A DNA stretch of 64,000 bases from an uncultured Thermoproteaceae archaeon (GCA_964575955.1 CAZNTG010000006.1:288001-352000); one strand, 5' to 3'. Counted from the first letter of the stretch, positions 31,553-41,583 are shown. Notes: generated by a model from the letters alone, not told the origin. Made by a program: numbers and translations.

Positions 31553-32289
31553 TATTCAATATAAAATCAATAATATTAGATATTGATGGAACATTAACAG
31601 AAGATAGAAATACAGAGAGATTAAGTCTTGAAGCTATAAAAACTATAAGAGAAGTTTTAGATAGTAGAAGAGATATAGAAATTGGATTAGCAACAGGTAA
31701 CAGCCATATTGTAGCTTTCTCACTAGCTAGATATATAGGTCTAGATTTCAATAGATGTCCAATAATATCCGAGAATGGTTGTCTACTTTGGTATAGAGGA
31801 AATCTATACGACCTATGTGTAGAATATGAAGAAGAGATTAATAGAAGTAGAGAAGCAATTAAAGAAATATTAGGAAAAATTGTCAGAGAAAGTTATCAAA
31901 ATGAATATAGAAGAAGAGATTTTGCATACTATCCAATGCCTGGAGTAGATCCTGAGTATGCAGTTTCAATGATTAGAAAATGTTTAGAAAAGTATAATAT
32001 TGAAAATCTAGATGTTAGATATAGTGGATATGCAATACATATAATACCTAAAGATGTTAATAAAGGTACAGCTGTGAAATTTTATAGTAAAATATCTAAA
32101 GTACCTGTAGAAAACATTGTAGCTATTGGTGATAGTGATACAGATATAGAACTTCTACAGGCTGTTGGAATACCTGTAGCTGTATCAAATGCTACAGAAA
32201 ATTTGAAGAAGATTGCAAAAATAGTAACATCAAAACCAAGTGGTAGAGGTGTTGCAGAATTTCTTAGAAAATTTATACTATTCTACTAA
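31549..32289 (+). CDS. HAD-IIB phosphoglycolate phosphatase-like hydrolase
   Basis: DIDGTLT, ATGN, NKG and IGDSDTD motifs. Confidence 0.88.
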   Translation: MIFNIKSIILDIDGTLTEDRNTERLSLEAIKTIREVLDSRRDIEIGLATGNSHIVAFSLARYIGLDFNRCPIISENGCLLWYRGNLYDLCVEYEEEINRSREAIKEILGKIVRESYQNEYRRRDFAYYPMPGVDPEYAVSMIRKCLEKYNIENLDVRYSGYAIHIIPKDVNKGTAVKFYSKISKVPVENIVAIGDSDTDIELLQAVGIPVAVSNATENLKKIAKIVTSKPSGRGVAEFLRKFILFY

Positions 32290-35200
32290 GCTGTTGATAC
32301 TCTCTTAATATATCCATGTCTTGGCATATATAGATCACCATTCTTAATCATTATGTTAATTAACTGCTCTACAGTCTGTCTATCAAGACCAGCATTCTCA
32401 GCTTCCTTAATAACATCTTCAATCTTTACAGGTTTACCACCATTTGCTTCTTCAAGTTTTGCAATTATATCTCTAAGTATTGCAAATTTCTCCTGCTTAC
32501 TTCTAGGCTTACCTGTCATTATTATATCAATATCTATCTTACCTGTCTCAATGTCAATACCAACACTCTTCAAAAACTTTTCAAATAGTCTTATAGCTCT
32601 TTCAGCATCTTCACGCTCAACTAGAGGACTAAGCCTCATCTTTGCTTCAGCTTCTGCAAGTCTTATCAATGCTTCTAACTGTCTTGCAGTGATTGCTATT
32701 GGTGAATTTGGATCTGAAGATTTAGATCTAAGATTTATATAGAATTCCATAATTATATCCTTAGCCTCTTTAGTCCATCTAGGCTTAACATACTTTCTAG
32801 CATATGCGATGTACTTTCTAAGTAGTTCAGGTGGTATTATATCTCTAAATTCTGGTGGAAGTTCACCACTGTGTAGTGTTGTTACATGTTCAGCAACCTT
32901 CTTATCTTGCTCAAGCATTGGTTGGTCTCTTATAATGAATATTAAGTCAAATCTTGACAATAGTGTAACAGGAAGATCAACATTCTCAGCAACAGTCCTA
33001 TTTGGTAAATATCTACCAAATGCTGGATTAGCTGCTGCAAGAACTGCACATCTAGCATTCAAAGTAGCTACAATACCTGCCTTAGCTATAGATATTGTCT
33101 GCTGTTCTAAAGCTTCATGCATTGCTACTCTATCCTTAGCATCCATCTTATCAATCTCATCAATGACACACACGCCCATATCAGCTAGTACAAGAGCACC
33201 AGCCTCAAGATAGAATTCACCACTAAGCTTATCCTTAACAACTGCCGCAGTATTATGAACAACAAGACCATTAGTAATAAATGAGTGAGAATTTGAAACT
33301 GTAAAATCATAAACATCTTCATCATTAACATCTTCATAAGAAATTTCAATAACTTTAGTAGCAACTACATCATCACTCAACAATACTACATCATCATAAG
33401 AATTCAAAATCTCAACAACATATGAAGAATCTCTACAATATACTTTACATAGAACTCCAATACGTTTAAATAGTATATCAAGTTGATATGCAAAAACCTT
33501 ACTAGGAACTTCAATAACAGCCTTACCATTTAGATATTTTGAAATCTTAATAAACTCTTTCAGGAATATCTTAATGTAATTATCAGGGAGTAGTGTTATT
33601 AATGGATTAATAATTCTACCAAACTCTGTATGATAATATACAAGCTTCTTAATTAAACTTAGAAGTTTCCTATCTAGAACTTCAATAATAATGCAGTCAT
33701 TATGTTCTTCAGTTTTTATATCAAATACATTACATAGTCTATACACGATGTTCATAAATCTGTCTTTAACATGTCTATTAGCTATTCTACATATTATACG
33801 GTTATTTCTAATTTCAGAAGTTAGGTATAGATATGGTAAAATTCTTATAAAGTCTTTCAATATTTCTACACTACTCACACAATATTCCGACTCTCCTAAT
33901 TGTCCAATAGCAATCTTTACTCTATTTAAAAGTACTTTACATAAATACTTAACTACTCTCTCTCCATTAACTATACTTGGTAATTTTCTAACCTCAAGTA
34001 TGTATTCTCCAACATTTAATTTATGAGCCTCTTTCCAATATATAGAATTTCCATCATAGACCAGTACTTTAGTTTCAGGTGTTAGTTTAATCTCTTTTCC
34101 AAGTGAATTAACTATTTTTACAATATTTCTAGTCTTCACTTTATAGTACTGTGTTACAGCTTCTATTCTCAATTTTAAATCTTCTGTTAATGATGTTGTA
34201 TATATCTTTTTTGGATTTAATGATATTGTTATACCGTTTCCAAGCTCTCTATATCCTTTTTTAAACATCTTTTCAATAATAGTTTTAATTGGTACTACTC
34301 CTAGGCTAGTATAGACTACACTGTCAGGTGCTACACATAGTCCAGCTGCACTTGATCCCTTTCCTGTTGTGTATACTGCTCTAGGTGCTATTCTAGCAAC
34401 AAATCTCAGTAGTTGACTCTTACCTGTACCTGGATCTCCTACTAGTAGTACATGTATATCACCTCTAACTCTAACACCGTCAGGATATACTTTAGGAACA
34501 CCACCAAATAATAGACATGCAATTGCTTCTTTCACATCTTCAAGACCGTATATTGATGGTGCTATTGATTTAATTATCCTCTCTCTAATATTTGGATCTC
34601 TAGCAAGTTCTTCAATAACTCTCTGATCTTCAGGAGTTATCTCAACTTCAGCAAACTCTTTCTGTTGTGCTTCAACATAGTTTGCCTCAATATAGCTAGA
34701 TATTACAGGTGGTTTTGTCCTCTTTAACTCATATGCATTTATGTCTAATATACCTACAACATATACTCTATCACCAGGCTTTACAACATCTACAAGATCG
34801 TCAGTCAGTATAACTTCAACACTCCTAGGTAATTGTCCAGGTGGTAAATCTTCAGGTTTTTCCTGTACAATAATCTTCTGCCAATCAATATATTCACACT
34901 TCTCCTGTACAAGTTTCAAAACACCACCACACCTAATACACTTCTTAGGAGGTTGTACTGGAACAGCATAATATTGAGGAACGTCAACTTCAAAACCACA
35001 ATTATCACATCTAAAGACCATCTTCTTTAAGAAGTGTTTTGGTGGTGTCTCTCTAGTGACAATACCTTCAATCATTATTAACTTACCAATATATTGACTT
35101 CTCAACCTTCTTAATGGAATAGTCTCAGATAATTTTCTAAATCTTGCATGAAATGTCTTTACAGATTTAGCAAACTCTGGATCTTTCTCCAATATTATCT

Positions 35201-35441
35201 GTCTAAGTGCTTCACTTGCAGCATATATGATCTCTCTAGGATGTTCAATAAGTAGATCTGCAAGTTCTTTATCAAATAGTATCAAATCAGGAAAATCTAC
35301 ACATACAGATTTCTTTCTCTGAATTATTATTGTATTAATCTCATCAATATACTTATCATTACTTGTGAAAAACTGTTTAAACTTATCAATTATCTGTTCA
35401 ATATTTATTTTAACTTCAAGTTCTTCAACATGCATAGACAT
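32286..35441 (-). CDS. mcm: Replicative helicase MCM (intein-containing)
   Basis: CDNC..CIRC, GDPGTGKS, IDEIDKM, SRFD and ITARQLE motifs; insertion at AAGL/TAAV. Confidence 0.96.
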   Translation of the reverse strand: MSMHVEELEVKINIEQIIDKFKQFFTSNDKYIDEINTIIIQRKKSVCVDFPDLILFDKELADLLIEHPREIIYAASEALRQIILEKDPEFAKSVKTFHARFRKLSETIPLRRLRSQYIGKLIMIEGIVTRETPPKHFLKKMVFRCDNCGFEVDVPQYYAVPVQPPKKCIRCGGVLKLVQEKCEYIDWQKIIVQEKPEDLPPGQLPRSVEVILTDDLVDVVKPGDRVYVVGILDINAYELKRTKPPVISSYIEANYVEAQQKEFAEVEITPEDQRVIEELARDPNIRERIIKSIAPSIYGLEDVKEAIACLLFGGVPKVYPDGVRVRGDIHVLLVGDPGTGKSQLLRFVARIAPRAVYTTGKGSSAAGLCVAPDSVVYTSLGVVPIKTIIEKMFKKGYRELGNGITISLNPKKIYTTSLTEDLKLRIEAVTQYYKVKTRNIVKIVNSLGKEIKLTPETKVLVYDGNSIYWKEAHKLNVGEYILEVRKLPSIVNGERVVKYLCKVLLNRVKIAIGQLGESEYCVSSVEILKDFIRILPYLYLTSEIRNNRIICRIANRHVKDRFMNIVYRLCNVFDIKTEEHNDCIIIEVLDRKLLSLIKKLVYYHTEFGRIINPLITLLPDNYIKIFLKEFIKISKYLNGKAVIEVPSKVFAYQLDILFKRIGVLCKVYCRDSSYVVEILNSYDDVVLLSDDVVATKVIEISYEDVNDEDVYDFTVSNSHSFITNGLVVHNTAAVVKDKLSGEFYLEAGALVLADMGVCVIDEIDKMDAKDRVAMHEALEQQTISIAKAGIVATLNARCAVLAAANPAFGRYLPNRTVAENVDLPVTLLSRFDLIFIIRDQPMLEQDKKVAEHVTTLHSGELPPEFRDIIPPELLRKYIAYARKYVKPRWTKEAKDIIMEFYINLRSKSSDPNSPIAITARQLEALIRLAEAEAKMRLSPLVEREDAERAIRLFEKFLKSVGIDIETGKIDIDIIMTGKPRSKQEKFAILRDIIAKLEEANGGKPVKIEDVIKEAENAGLDRQTVEQLINIMIKNGDLYMPRHGYIKRVSTA
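33252..34337 (-). mobile_element. Intein in MCM (362 aa)
   Basis: Starts CVAPDS, has LTPETKVL at block B, VYDFTV..SHSFITNGLVVHN, followed by Thr+1; removing it restores GKGSSAAGLTAAVVKD. Confidence 0.93.
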
Positions 35442-35452
35442 GTATAATCACC

Positions 35453-35926
35453 TTATAAAATTCCTAAAATATGTATAAACCACTCTTTTATCAATGATAC
35501 AATTTTTCTAACAAGAATCTCCTCTTCAATAGTTAACTTATCTAAGAAATCTCTACTGATAGCAATATCAGGATTTACAGCAACAACATTTAAAATTTTC
35601 TTTAATCTCAACTGTACTAATTCACGAAGATTATGTTGAATCTCTCTTACTGTTTTATAATCTTCTCTCTTAGAAGCTTCAACAATGGATAATCTAGATA
35701 GTGTATATAATTCTTTAGGTATCTTTCTCAAATCTACACTTCTCCTCTCAAGCCAATAGTATTCAACTATCTTCTCAGGTCTTAATCTATGTTCTTCACA
35801 TAGTTGTTCACCTTTCTTAATCAGTTTCTCAGCTATTAGTGGAATTGTTGATAGTAGTCTATCTCCATGAAGATCAACTTTTACCAATCCCGAATTAACA
35901 TACACATCTACCAACTCTCTAATCAT
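35453..35926 (-). CDS. GINS23-like replication protein
   Basis: Directly upstream of mcm; W.ERR..L..IP..LY, RL.KI and LT.EE motifs. Confidence 0.75.
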   Translation of the reverse strand: MIRELVDVYVNSGLVKVDLHGDRLLSTIPLIAEKLIKKGEQLCEEHRLRPEKIVEYYWLERRSVDLRKIPKELYTLSRLSIVEASKREDYKTVREIQHNLRELVQLRLKKILNVVAVNPDIAISRDFLDKLTIEEEILVRKIVSLIKEWFIHILGIL

Positions 35927-35987
35927 GAATCTAGCAAACTTACTATACCTAAACGGTATATAAGGGGCTTCTTTGACATTATTCCTA

Positions 35988-36212
35988 ATGAGTGAGATAT
36001 CAGAAAGTAAGAGAGAAGATGCTATTAGTAGAGTATTGAAATTACTATCAAAAAATGTGTATGAACTATCAGATAGAGAGATTAGAGAATTATTATCAAT
36101 ACTTCCAGATGCATTAAATGAGATACCTAGTGTTACAAAGACTAATGTAGAAAAATTACAACTCTATAAAATACTAAAACAGATATTGGAAGATGTTGAG
36201 AAAAGTAAATAG
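35988..36212 (+). CDS. Small hypothetical protein
   Basis: ATG 35988 is about 24 nt after TATATAA; overlaps the next gene's start. Confidence 0.5.
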   Translation: MSEISESKREDAISRVLKLLSKNVYELSDREIRELLSILPDALNEIPSVTKTNVEKLQLYKILKQILEDVEKSK

Positions 36213-37437
36213 AGATTTAAAGTATTACAAAATTTTGAAATCTATAGAAAAACTATGTAAAATATCAAATCCAGAGATAGGTGATATAGTTGATAGAGCA
36301 TTATCAGGTAGAGAATTGTATAGAGAAGATTGTATCAAGATGCTAAGTAGTGATGATCCTGTTGATATTGAACTCTTAAGATTATGTGCAGATTATGTTA
36401 GGTGGATTCTATGTGATGATTATGTAACATTTGTATGTAATAGAAATATAAATTTTACAAATGTATGTGTCATAGGTTGTAAATTCTGTAGCTACTCTGT
36501 ACCTCCTGATAGTCCAAGAGGATATGTATATACTATTGACGAAGTTAGGAGAAAGGTGTTGGAGGGATTGAAAGTTTATGGTATAACTGAAGTATGTCTT
36601 CAAGGTGGTATTAATCCAAAGCTAGGTCTAGACTACTATATAAAAATTTTAAATTGTATAAAAAGTATAGATTCTAAAATTCATATTCACGCATTCTCGC
36701 CACAGGAAATATATTACATATCTGTTAGAGAGGGTATCAAAATTAGAGAGCTTTTAAAAATACTTAGAGAAAATGGACTTGACTCAATACCTGGAACTGC
36801 TGCAGAGATATTGCATGATGATGTGAGAAAGACTATATGTCCTAATAAGATTAGTACATCGAAGTGGATAGAGATAATTAAGGAAGCTCATAGTCTAGGC
36901 ATTAGAACAACATGTACAATAATGTATGGACATGTTGAAAGTGTTGAACATGTTGCACATCACTTAGATATTCTTAAGAATATTCAAAAGGAGACAGGTG
37001 GATTTACAGAACTTGTACTACTACCATACATACATTATAATACTAGACTGTATAGAGAATGTGACTGTAGACCAGGATCATCCTCGATATACGATATTAA
37101 GATATGTGCCACTTCTAGAATATATCTTGCACCATATATAAAGAACATACAGGTATCATGGGTTAAGTTAGGTAGAAAATTTGCACAATACTTACTAACA
37201 TGTGGAGCTAATGATCTCGGTGGTACTCTAATTGAAGAACATATATCACATGCCGCTGGTGCTTTTGAAAGATATATGATTAGTAGAGAAGAATTTATAG
37301 AATTGATAATTAATATCGATAGAATACCTGCTGAAAGAACAACACTATACAAGATAATTAGGGTATATTATCAGAGCGGGAATAAATCATCAATTATCAG
37401 TGGTACAACCGGGTCATCACTCAGTACAGTATGTTAA
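36193..37437 (+). CDS. CofH/MqnC-family radical SAM enzyme
   Basis: NRNINFTNVCVIGCKFC, PGTAAEIL, NIQVSWVKLG and GANDLGGTL.EE motifs. Confidence 0.85.
   Translation: MLRKVNRDLKYYKILKSIEKLCKISNPEIGDIVDRALSGRELYREDCIKMLSSDDPVDIELLRLCADYVRWILCDDYVTFVCNRNINFTNVCVIGCKFCSYSVPPDSPRGYVYTIDEVRRKVLEGLKVYGITEVCLQGGINPKLGLDYYIKILNCIKSIDSKIHIHAFSPQEIYYISVREGIKIRELLKILRENGLDSIPGTAAEILHDDVRKTICPNKISTSKWIEIIKEAHSLGIRTTCTIMYGHVESVEHVAHHLDILKNIQKETGGFTELVLLPYIHYNTRLYRECDCRPGSSSIYDIKICATSRIYLAPYIKNIQVSWVKLGRKFAQYLLTCGANDLGGTLIEEHISHAAGAFERYMISREEFIELIINIDRIPAERTTLYKIIRVYYQSGNKSSIISGTTGSSLSTVC
37371..37420 (-). ncRNA. C/D box sRNA antisense to the 3' end of the cofH-like gene
   Basis: GTGATGA-CCCGGTTGTACCA-CTGA-TAA-TTGATGA-TTTATTCCCGCT-CTGA. 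Confidence 0.88.
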
Positions 37438-37464
37438 TTATGAAGAACTTAAACATATCTCACT

Positions 37465-38079
37465 ATGTGTCTAGAAGTTAAGAATATCATTGATAAGATA
37501 TGTGAAAACTCTATCAAATATGTAGGAATAGATCTTGGACATCCAAGAAAGAGAAGTACAGGAGTTTGTATATATGATTCTCATAAAGACTATTTTTACA
37601 TATTTACAACATATCCAACATGTATAATAACAATGTTCAATATTTTAAAAAATGTTAAATATGTTGCTATAGATGCACCACTATCACTTCCAAAGAGAGG
37701 TATTGAGAGAGAGTTAGAGAAAGTATGTAGAAGATTTGGAATTAGACTTATACCACCACTATTAGGAAGTATGAAGAGATTGACAATATGTGGTATATGT
37801 ATTAGAGAGATTTTAGAGAAGATGAATATTAAAGTTATTGAAACACATCCATACTCATCTCTCAAAGTATCTAAAGTTAATGTAGAGGAAATTATGAAAA
37901 ATCTAAATAGTAAGATTAAGAAACCTCTAAATAAGCATGAGATAGATGCCTTAATATGTTGTCTAGTTGCTATAGCATATGATAAAAACATGTACGTTAG
38001 TATAGATGTAGAAAATGATAAACTTATCTTATTCAATGAGGAATTTGTAAGAAAATGCCTAAAGAGAGAATTACAATAA
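37465..38079 (+). CDS. DUF429 RNase H-fold putative nuclease
   Basis: VGIDL, AIDAPLSLP, IETHP and HEIDA motifs. Confidence 0.8.
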   Translation: MCLEVKNIIDKICENSIKYVGIDLGHPRKRSTGVCIYDSHKDYFYIFTTYPTCIITMFNILKNVKYVAIDAPLSLPKRGIERELEKVCRRFGIRLIPPLLGSMKRLTICGICIREILEKMNIKVIETHPYSSLKVSKVNVEEIMKNLNSKIKKPLNKHEIDALICCLVAIAYDKNMYVSIDVENDKLILFNEEFVRKCLKRELQ

Positions 38080-38423
38080 GAGTTAGACCTGTAACAAATA
38101 TTAAAGAACTTATGAGATGTGTATTTTATAACTCTCCATCTAGATTTGTAGAACCAGCATTACTAGTACTTGAATATATTATAAATAATGGTGGATGTGT
38201 AACATATGATGTGTATGAAATATCTTCAAAAATATATAGAAGACATACAGATGTTGAATATGTTATTAAGAAGATGCTACAATTAGGAATGTTAGAGATC
38301 AGAGATAGGGACATTATATGTGTATCAGATAAATTTTCTAAAAATATAGAGTCAATACTGAATGTGTGGAATCAAGTGTTGAAACATGTTGAGAAAAGTA
38401 GAATTGAAAGGTTTCATAGCTAG
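38055..38423 (+). CDS. Hypothetical protein, possible winged-helix
   Basis: V..VIKKMLQLGMLE pattern; overlaps both neighbours. Confidence 0.55.
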   Translation: MPKERITIRVRPVTNIKELMRCVFYNSPSRFVEPALLVLEYIINNGGCVTYDVYEISSKIYRRHTDVEYVIKKMLQLGMLEIRDRDIICVSDKFSKNIESILNVWNQVLKHVEKSRIERFHS

Positions 38424-38946
38424 AAGGCCATTAAACAGAAGACATACATTCTACATACCTTGCAATATATTACTACAAAGTGATGTAGATACAGTACTAA
38501 AGTATAGAACAATTGGATATAATGTATGTCCATTAATGACTATAGATGAAGCTGAATTACTAGTAAAGAGAAAGCCATACCTTGTAAGACTACTACATAA
38601 ATACTCTATAAGTAGTATATTGATCATATGTGAAAGATTGAAAGATCTTGAAAATATTGAAGACATAATCGGACTTTTCAAAATAATTTCAATATTATTA
38701 AGAGATAGTCCTAGAGAACCTTTTGAAGGAGTTGAGATGTATAAATATTACCATATGTACAATCCTGATGAGTATGTTGATGGTCTAGTAATATGTGTAG
38801 AGTTATTTGAAAGATATGGCAAATCTATACGTAAAGTAGATTATAGAATTATTCACAGTGTATTAATTAGGAAGCTGAACATTTTGAAGAGTAGAAAGGG
38901 TGTTTGTAATATTATTGTTGACATACTTGATAAAGCATATCTATGA
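38386..38946 (+). CDS. Hypothetical protein
   Basis: 186-aa ORF in an overlapping same-strand run. Confidence 0.55.
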   Translation: MLRKVELKGFIARRPLNRRHTFYIPCNILLQSDVDTVLKYRTIGYNVCPLMTIDEAELLVKRKPYLVRLLHKYSISSILIICERLKDLENIEDIIGLFKIISILLRDSPREPFEGVEMYKYYHMYNPDEYVDGLVICVELFERYGKSIRKVDYRIIHSVLIRKLNILKSRKGVCNIIVDILDKAYL

Positions 38947-39178
38947 GTTCTTGAATAATCTCTCTCCATGGAAATATCTTCTTTCCGACAACTTTCTTAC
39001 TTATAAAACATTTACTAACTCTAACATATATTCTACATTTACCACATCCAACCCATACAAATTTCTTATCTTCTATTAATTCTAGATTTGAATTACAATA
39101 TGGACATTTCACATTTGTTAAAAATATTTTGAAATGCTTATTCATGCTTAAAGAAGATGTTATCTCTTTATAGGTCAA
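38912..39178 (-). CDS. Zinc-ribbon hypothetical protein
   Basis: CPYC...CGKC; start may be the downstream ATG (MNKH). Confidence 0.55.
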   Translation of the reverse strand: MTYKEITSSLSMNKHFKIFLTNVKCPYCNSNLELIEDKKFVWVGCGKCRIYVRVSKCFISKKVVGKKIFPWREIIQELIDMLYQVCQQ

Positions 39179-39253
39179 TCCTGTAGAAATGAGATGTAGT
39201 TAATCACTATTTTATCTGTTCGATTTTAATATCTTTCAATACTTAAACATGCT

Positions 39254-39388
39254 GTGAAAAAGAGGAAGTTTGTATTAGAACTTCATGAGAATCCTTGGAC
39301 ATATATATTAAGACTATACCCAACATCTCAGGAGAGGAAGAAAATTCTTGATAGATTACTTAAGAGTGAAGAGGTAATAAGTGAGTAA
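39254..39388 (+). CDS. Putative 44-aa small protein (below ORF-track cutoff)
   Basis: GTG start about 22 nt after TTTAATAT; MKKRKFVLELHENPWTYILRLYPTSQERKKILDRLLKSEEVISE. Confidence 0.4.
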   Translation: MKKRKFVLELHENPWTYILRLYPTSQERKKILDRLLKSEEVISE

Positions 39389-40294
39389 TGTCAATACTAT
39401 ACACGTAGCTAATGGTAGTGGTGTTGCAGGACCATAACCCTTCTTTAGGCATAGTTTTATATTGACGTAAAAGCTTAGTGTGAAGAGTATTATGTATATT
39501 GCTAAGTATGTTACTAGCTGAACTATATTTAATACGCCTGTAATTAATTCAATACTCCACATAGTTGATAAAGAGTATAGTAAGAAGTCTCCGATACCTA
39601 GCATAATACCGTCAAGTCTTACTGTCAGTTTAGTGACTATATCTGAACTCTCTCTAAATCTACTATATGTAGAAACTTTTTGATAACTTTCTTCAACTTT
39701 AGAGATCCTCTTCTTAACTTCCTGAATACTCTTACCTAGAGGACCATAATATACTAAGACTATGTCCATTATAGGCATTAGTAGTATTATTAGAAATATT
39801 ATTGATGGATATAGATATATTATTAAGTCTAGAGATGCTAATGTACACACAATGAAGAATGCTATATATTTAATAATATGATTATCACTTCTCATCATCT
39901 TGACAAATATCAATGTTAATATTATAGATATTGTAAGTATTGTATATATGTAAGTGTCAGGTATTGTAAATATTGAAAATATTGCATATAGTATTGAAAA
40001 TATTGAAAAGAATGAAAATGTTGTAGACATAAGGTAGAATCCAAGTTTAGCTGCTCTAACTTTTCTAAACTTGACAATTAGATACATTATAGATGCAACA
40101 ATAAATTGTAAAACTACTATATATATTAGTAGTGGTAGATCTATCGAGATTCCCTTAACCATATATGTAAAATATTGACTACCTGTAGGTGTATTGAATA
40201 TGTATATTGTTAATAATGTCAATATTATCGATACTATAGGTATTGGAATTATTTTACCTATAACTACACTCCAGTTAATATTTTTCTCACTCAC
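39356..40294 (-). CDS. Presenilin-like GxGD intramembrane aspartyl protease
   Basis: Polytopic; MDIVLVYYGPL, LGIGDF and C-terminal PATP (PAL-like) motifs. Confidence 0.78.
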   Translation of the reverse strand: MSEKNINWSVVIGKIIPIPIVSIILTLLTIYIFNTPTGSQYFTYMVKGISIDLPLLIYIVVLQFIVASIMYLIVKFRKVRAAKLGFYLMSTTFSFFSIFSILYAIFSIFTIPDTYIYTILTISIILTLIFVKMMRSDNHIIKYIAFFIVCTLASLDLIIYLYPSIIFLIILLMPIMDIVLVYYGPLGKSIQEVKKRISKVEESYQKVSTYSRFRESSDIVTKLTVRLDGIMLGIGDFLLYSLSTMWSIELITGVLNIVQLVTYLAIYIILFTLSFYVNIKLCLKKGYGPATPLPLATCIVLTLLTYYLFTLK

Positions 40295-40345
40295 AACACT
40301 CAGGTAGTTAAGATTTAGTACTACATATTAACGTATCGTTAAGAC

Positions 40346-41251
40346 ATGAAGATCTTGACAGTATATTCGAGGTATAGAGAGCTAATTGCAATATCTGGTA
40401 TGTGGAAAGTTGTGAATATTACTAAATTTAGAAAATTTACACCAGACGCGTTTGTAGTAGTGAGTGGAGAACCTATACTAGGGTTAGAATGTGATTATTA
40501 TGATATTATGAAGATTGTAAATATATTACAGGAATATATATCAATATCAACACTCATATCAAGATGTAGACAGATTTTAGGATTTGATAAGAAGATATTT
40601 ATACTTGACAGAGCTTTAGAGTTAGAAAAATTGAATGATCTAGTTAGAGCGTGTTATTGTGGTAGTATTGATGGTATTGTGTTAACATATTTGAAAAATA
40701 TTAATCTAAACGATAATACAGCAAACATCATAGATACTCTAAGTGAAGATAGACAATACATATTTATAGATTTGAAAGATGTAGAGAAGTTAAGTATTGA
40801 AGAAGTAAGGAAATGTTTTGGAATTATTGTAAATCTAAATATTAAACCAAGTGAAAGTGTTGTACAATATTTAAGAGATAGAATATATTTGAAATATGGT
40901 AAGAGCAGGATTGTAATATCAATACCTCACATATATGCTACACCTAAACTGTTGAGTAGTGTTAAGAAGTATATCAATGGTATATGTTTATCAAGTGTTG
41001 GTAAAGATGTATTTATAGATGTTATAGATGTTGATAGAGATATTCAAGTCTATAGATGTGTAAATTGTAGAAAAGACTACATAACTAGTAGTAAAATTAA
41101 GAAGTGTGCTGTATGTAATGAGAAGCTTGTTGAAATATTTAGAGATTTTGAAGAGAGGTATTTTAGATATAGTTGTAGAGAGTTGAAGTATATATTCTTA
41201 AACAATTTAAAGAATGTTTTTGAAGGTATAAATGTGGAATATTTAGAATAA
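40346..41251 (+). CDS. Divergent protein, possibly nicotinate phosphoribosyltransferase-related, with C-terminal Zn finger
   Basis: C-terminal QVYRCVNC..DY....CAVC resembles archaeal NAPRTase tails; catalytic motifs not recognisable. Confidence 0.4.
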   Translation: MKILTVYSRYRELIAISGMWKVVNITKFRKFTPDAFVVVSGEPILGLECDYYDIMKIVNILQEYISISTLISRCRQILGFDKKIFILDRALELEKLNDLVRACYCGSIDGIVLTYLKNINLNDNTANIIDTLSEDRQYIFIDLKDVEKLSIEEVRKCFGIIVNLNIKPSESVVQYLRDRIYLKYGKSRIVISIPHIYATPKLLSSVKKYINGICLSSVGKDVFIDVIDVDRDIQVYRCVNCRKDYITSSKIKKCAVCNEKLVEIFRDFEERYFRYSCRELKYIFLNNLKNVFEGINVEYLE

Positions 41252-41252
41252 T

Positions 41253-41302
41253 TCAGCTGCGGTGCTCCTCTTCACTTATCTGAGTGGGGTAAGACTCATC
41301 AC
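41253..41302 (-). ncRNA. C/D box sRNA downstream of rps28e
   Basis: GTGATGA-GTCTTACCCCACT-CAGA-TAA-GTGAAGA-GGAGCACCGCAG-CTGA. Confidence 0.87.
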
Positions 41303-41316
41303 AGTATTATAGTTTT

Positions 41317-41583
41317 TTATCTAACTGTTAATCTTCTTGCTTCTCTCTCAGTCTCTCTTAACATTAGTATGTCTCCTACTCTTACAGGTCCTTTAACGTT
41401 TCTTGTGATAACTCTACCCTTATCTCTACCTTCTAATATTCTAACTCTAACTATCGTTACTTCTCCAGCTATACCTGTCCTACCTAGTATCTGTATTACC
41501 TGTGCTGCAACAGCATCTTCATAAGGACTAAACTTGACTTCTTGTTGTTCAACTTGTTCAATATTTATCTCTTCACTACTCAT
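41317..41583 (-). CDS. rps28e: 30S ribosomal protein eS28
   Basis: GRTG..GEVT and [24 protein letters not shown] motifs. Confidence 0.96.
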   Translation of the reverse strand: MSSEEINIEQVEQQEVKFSPYEDAVAAQVIQILGRTGIAGEVTIVRVRILEGRDKGRVITRNVKGPVRVGDILMLRETEREARRLTVR

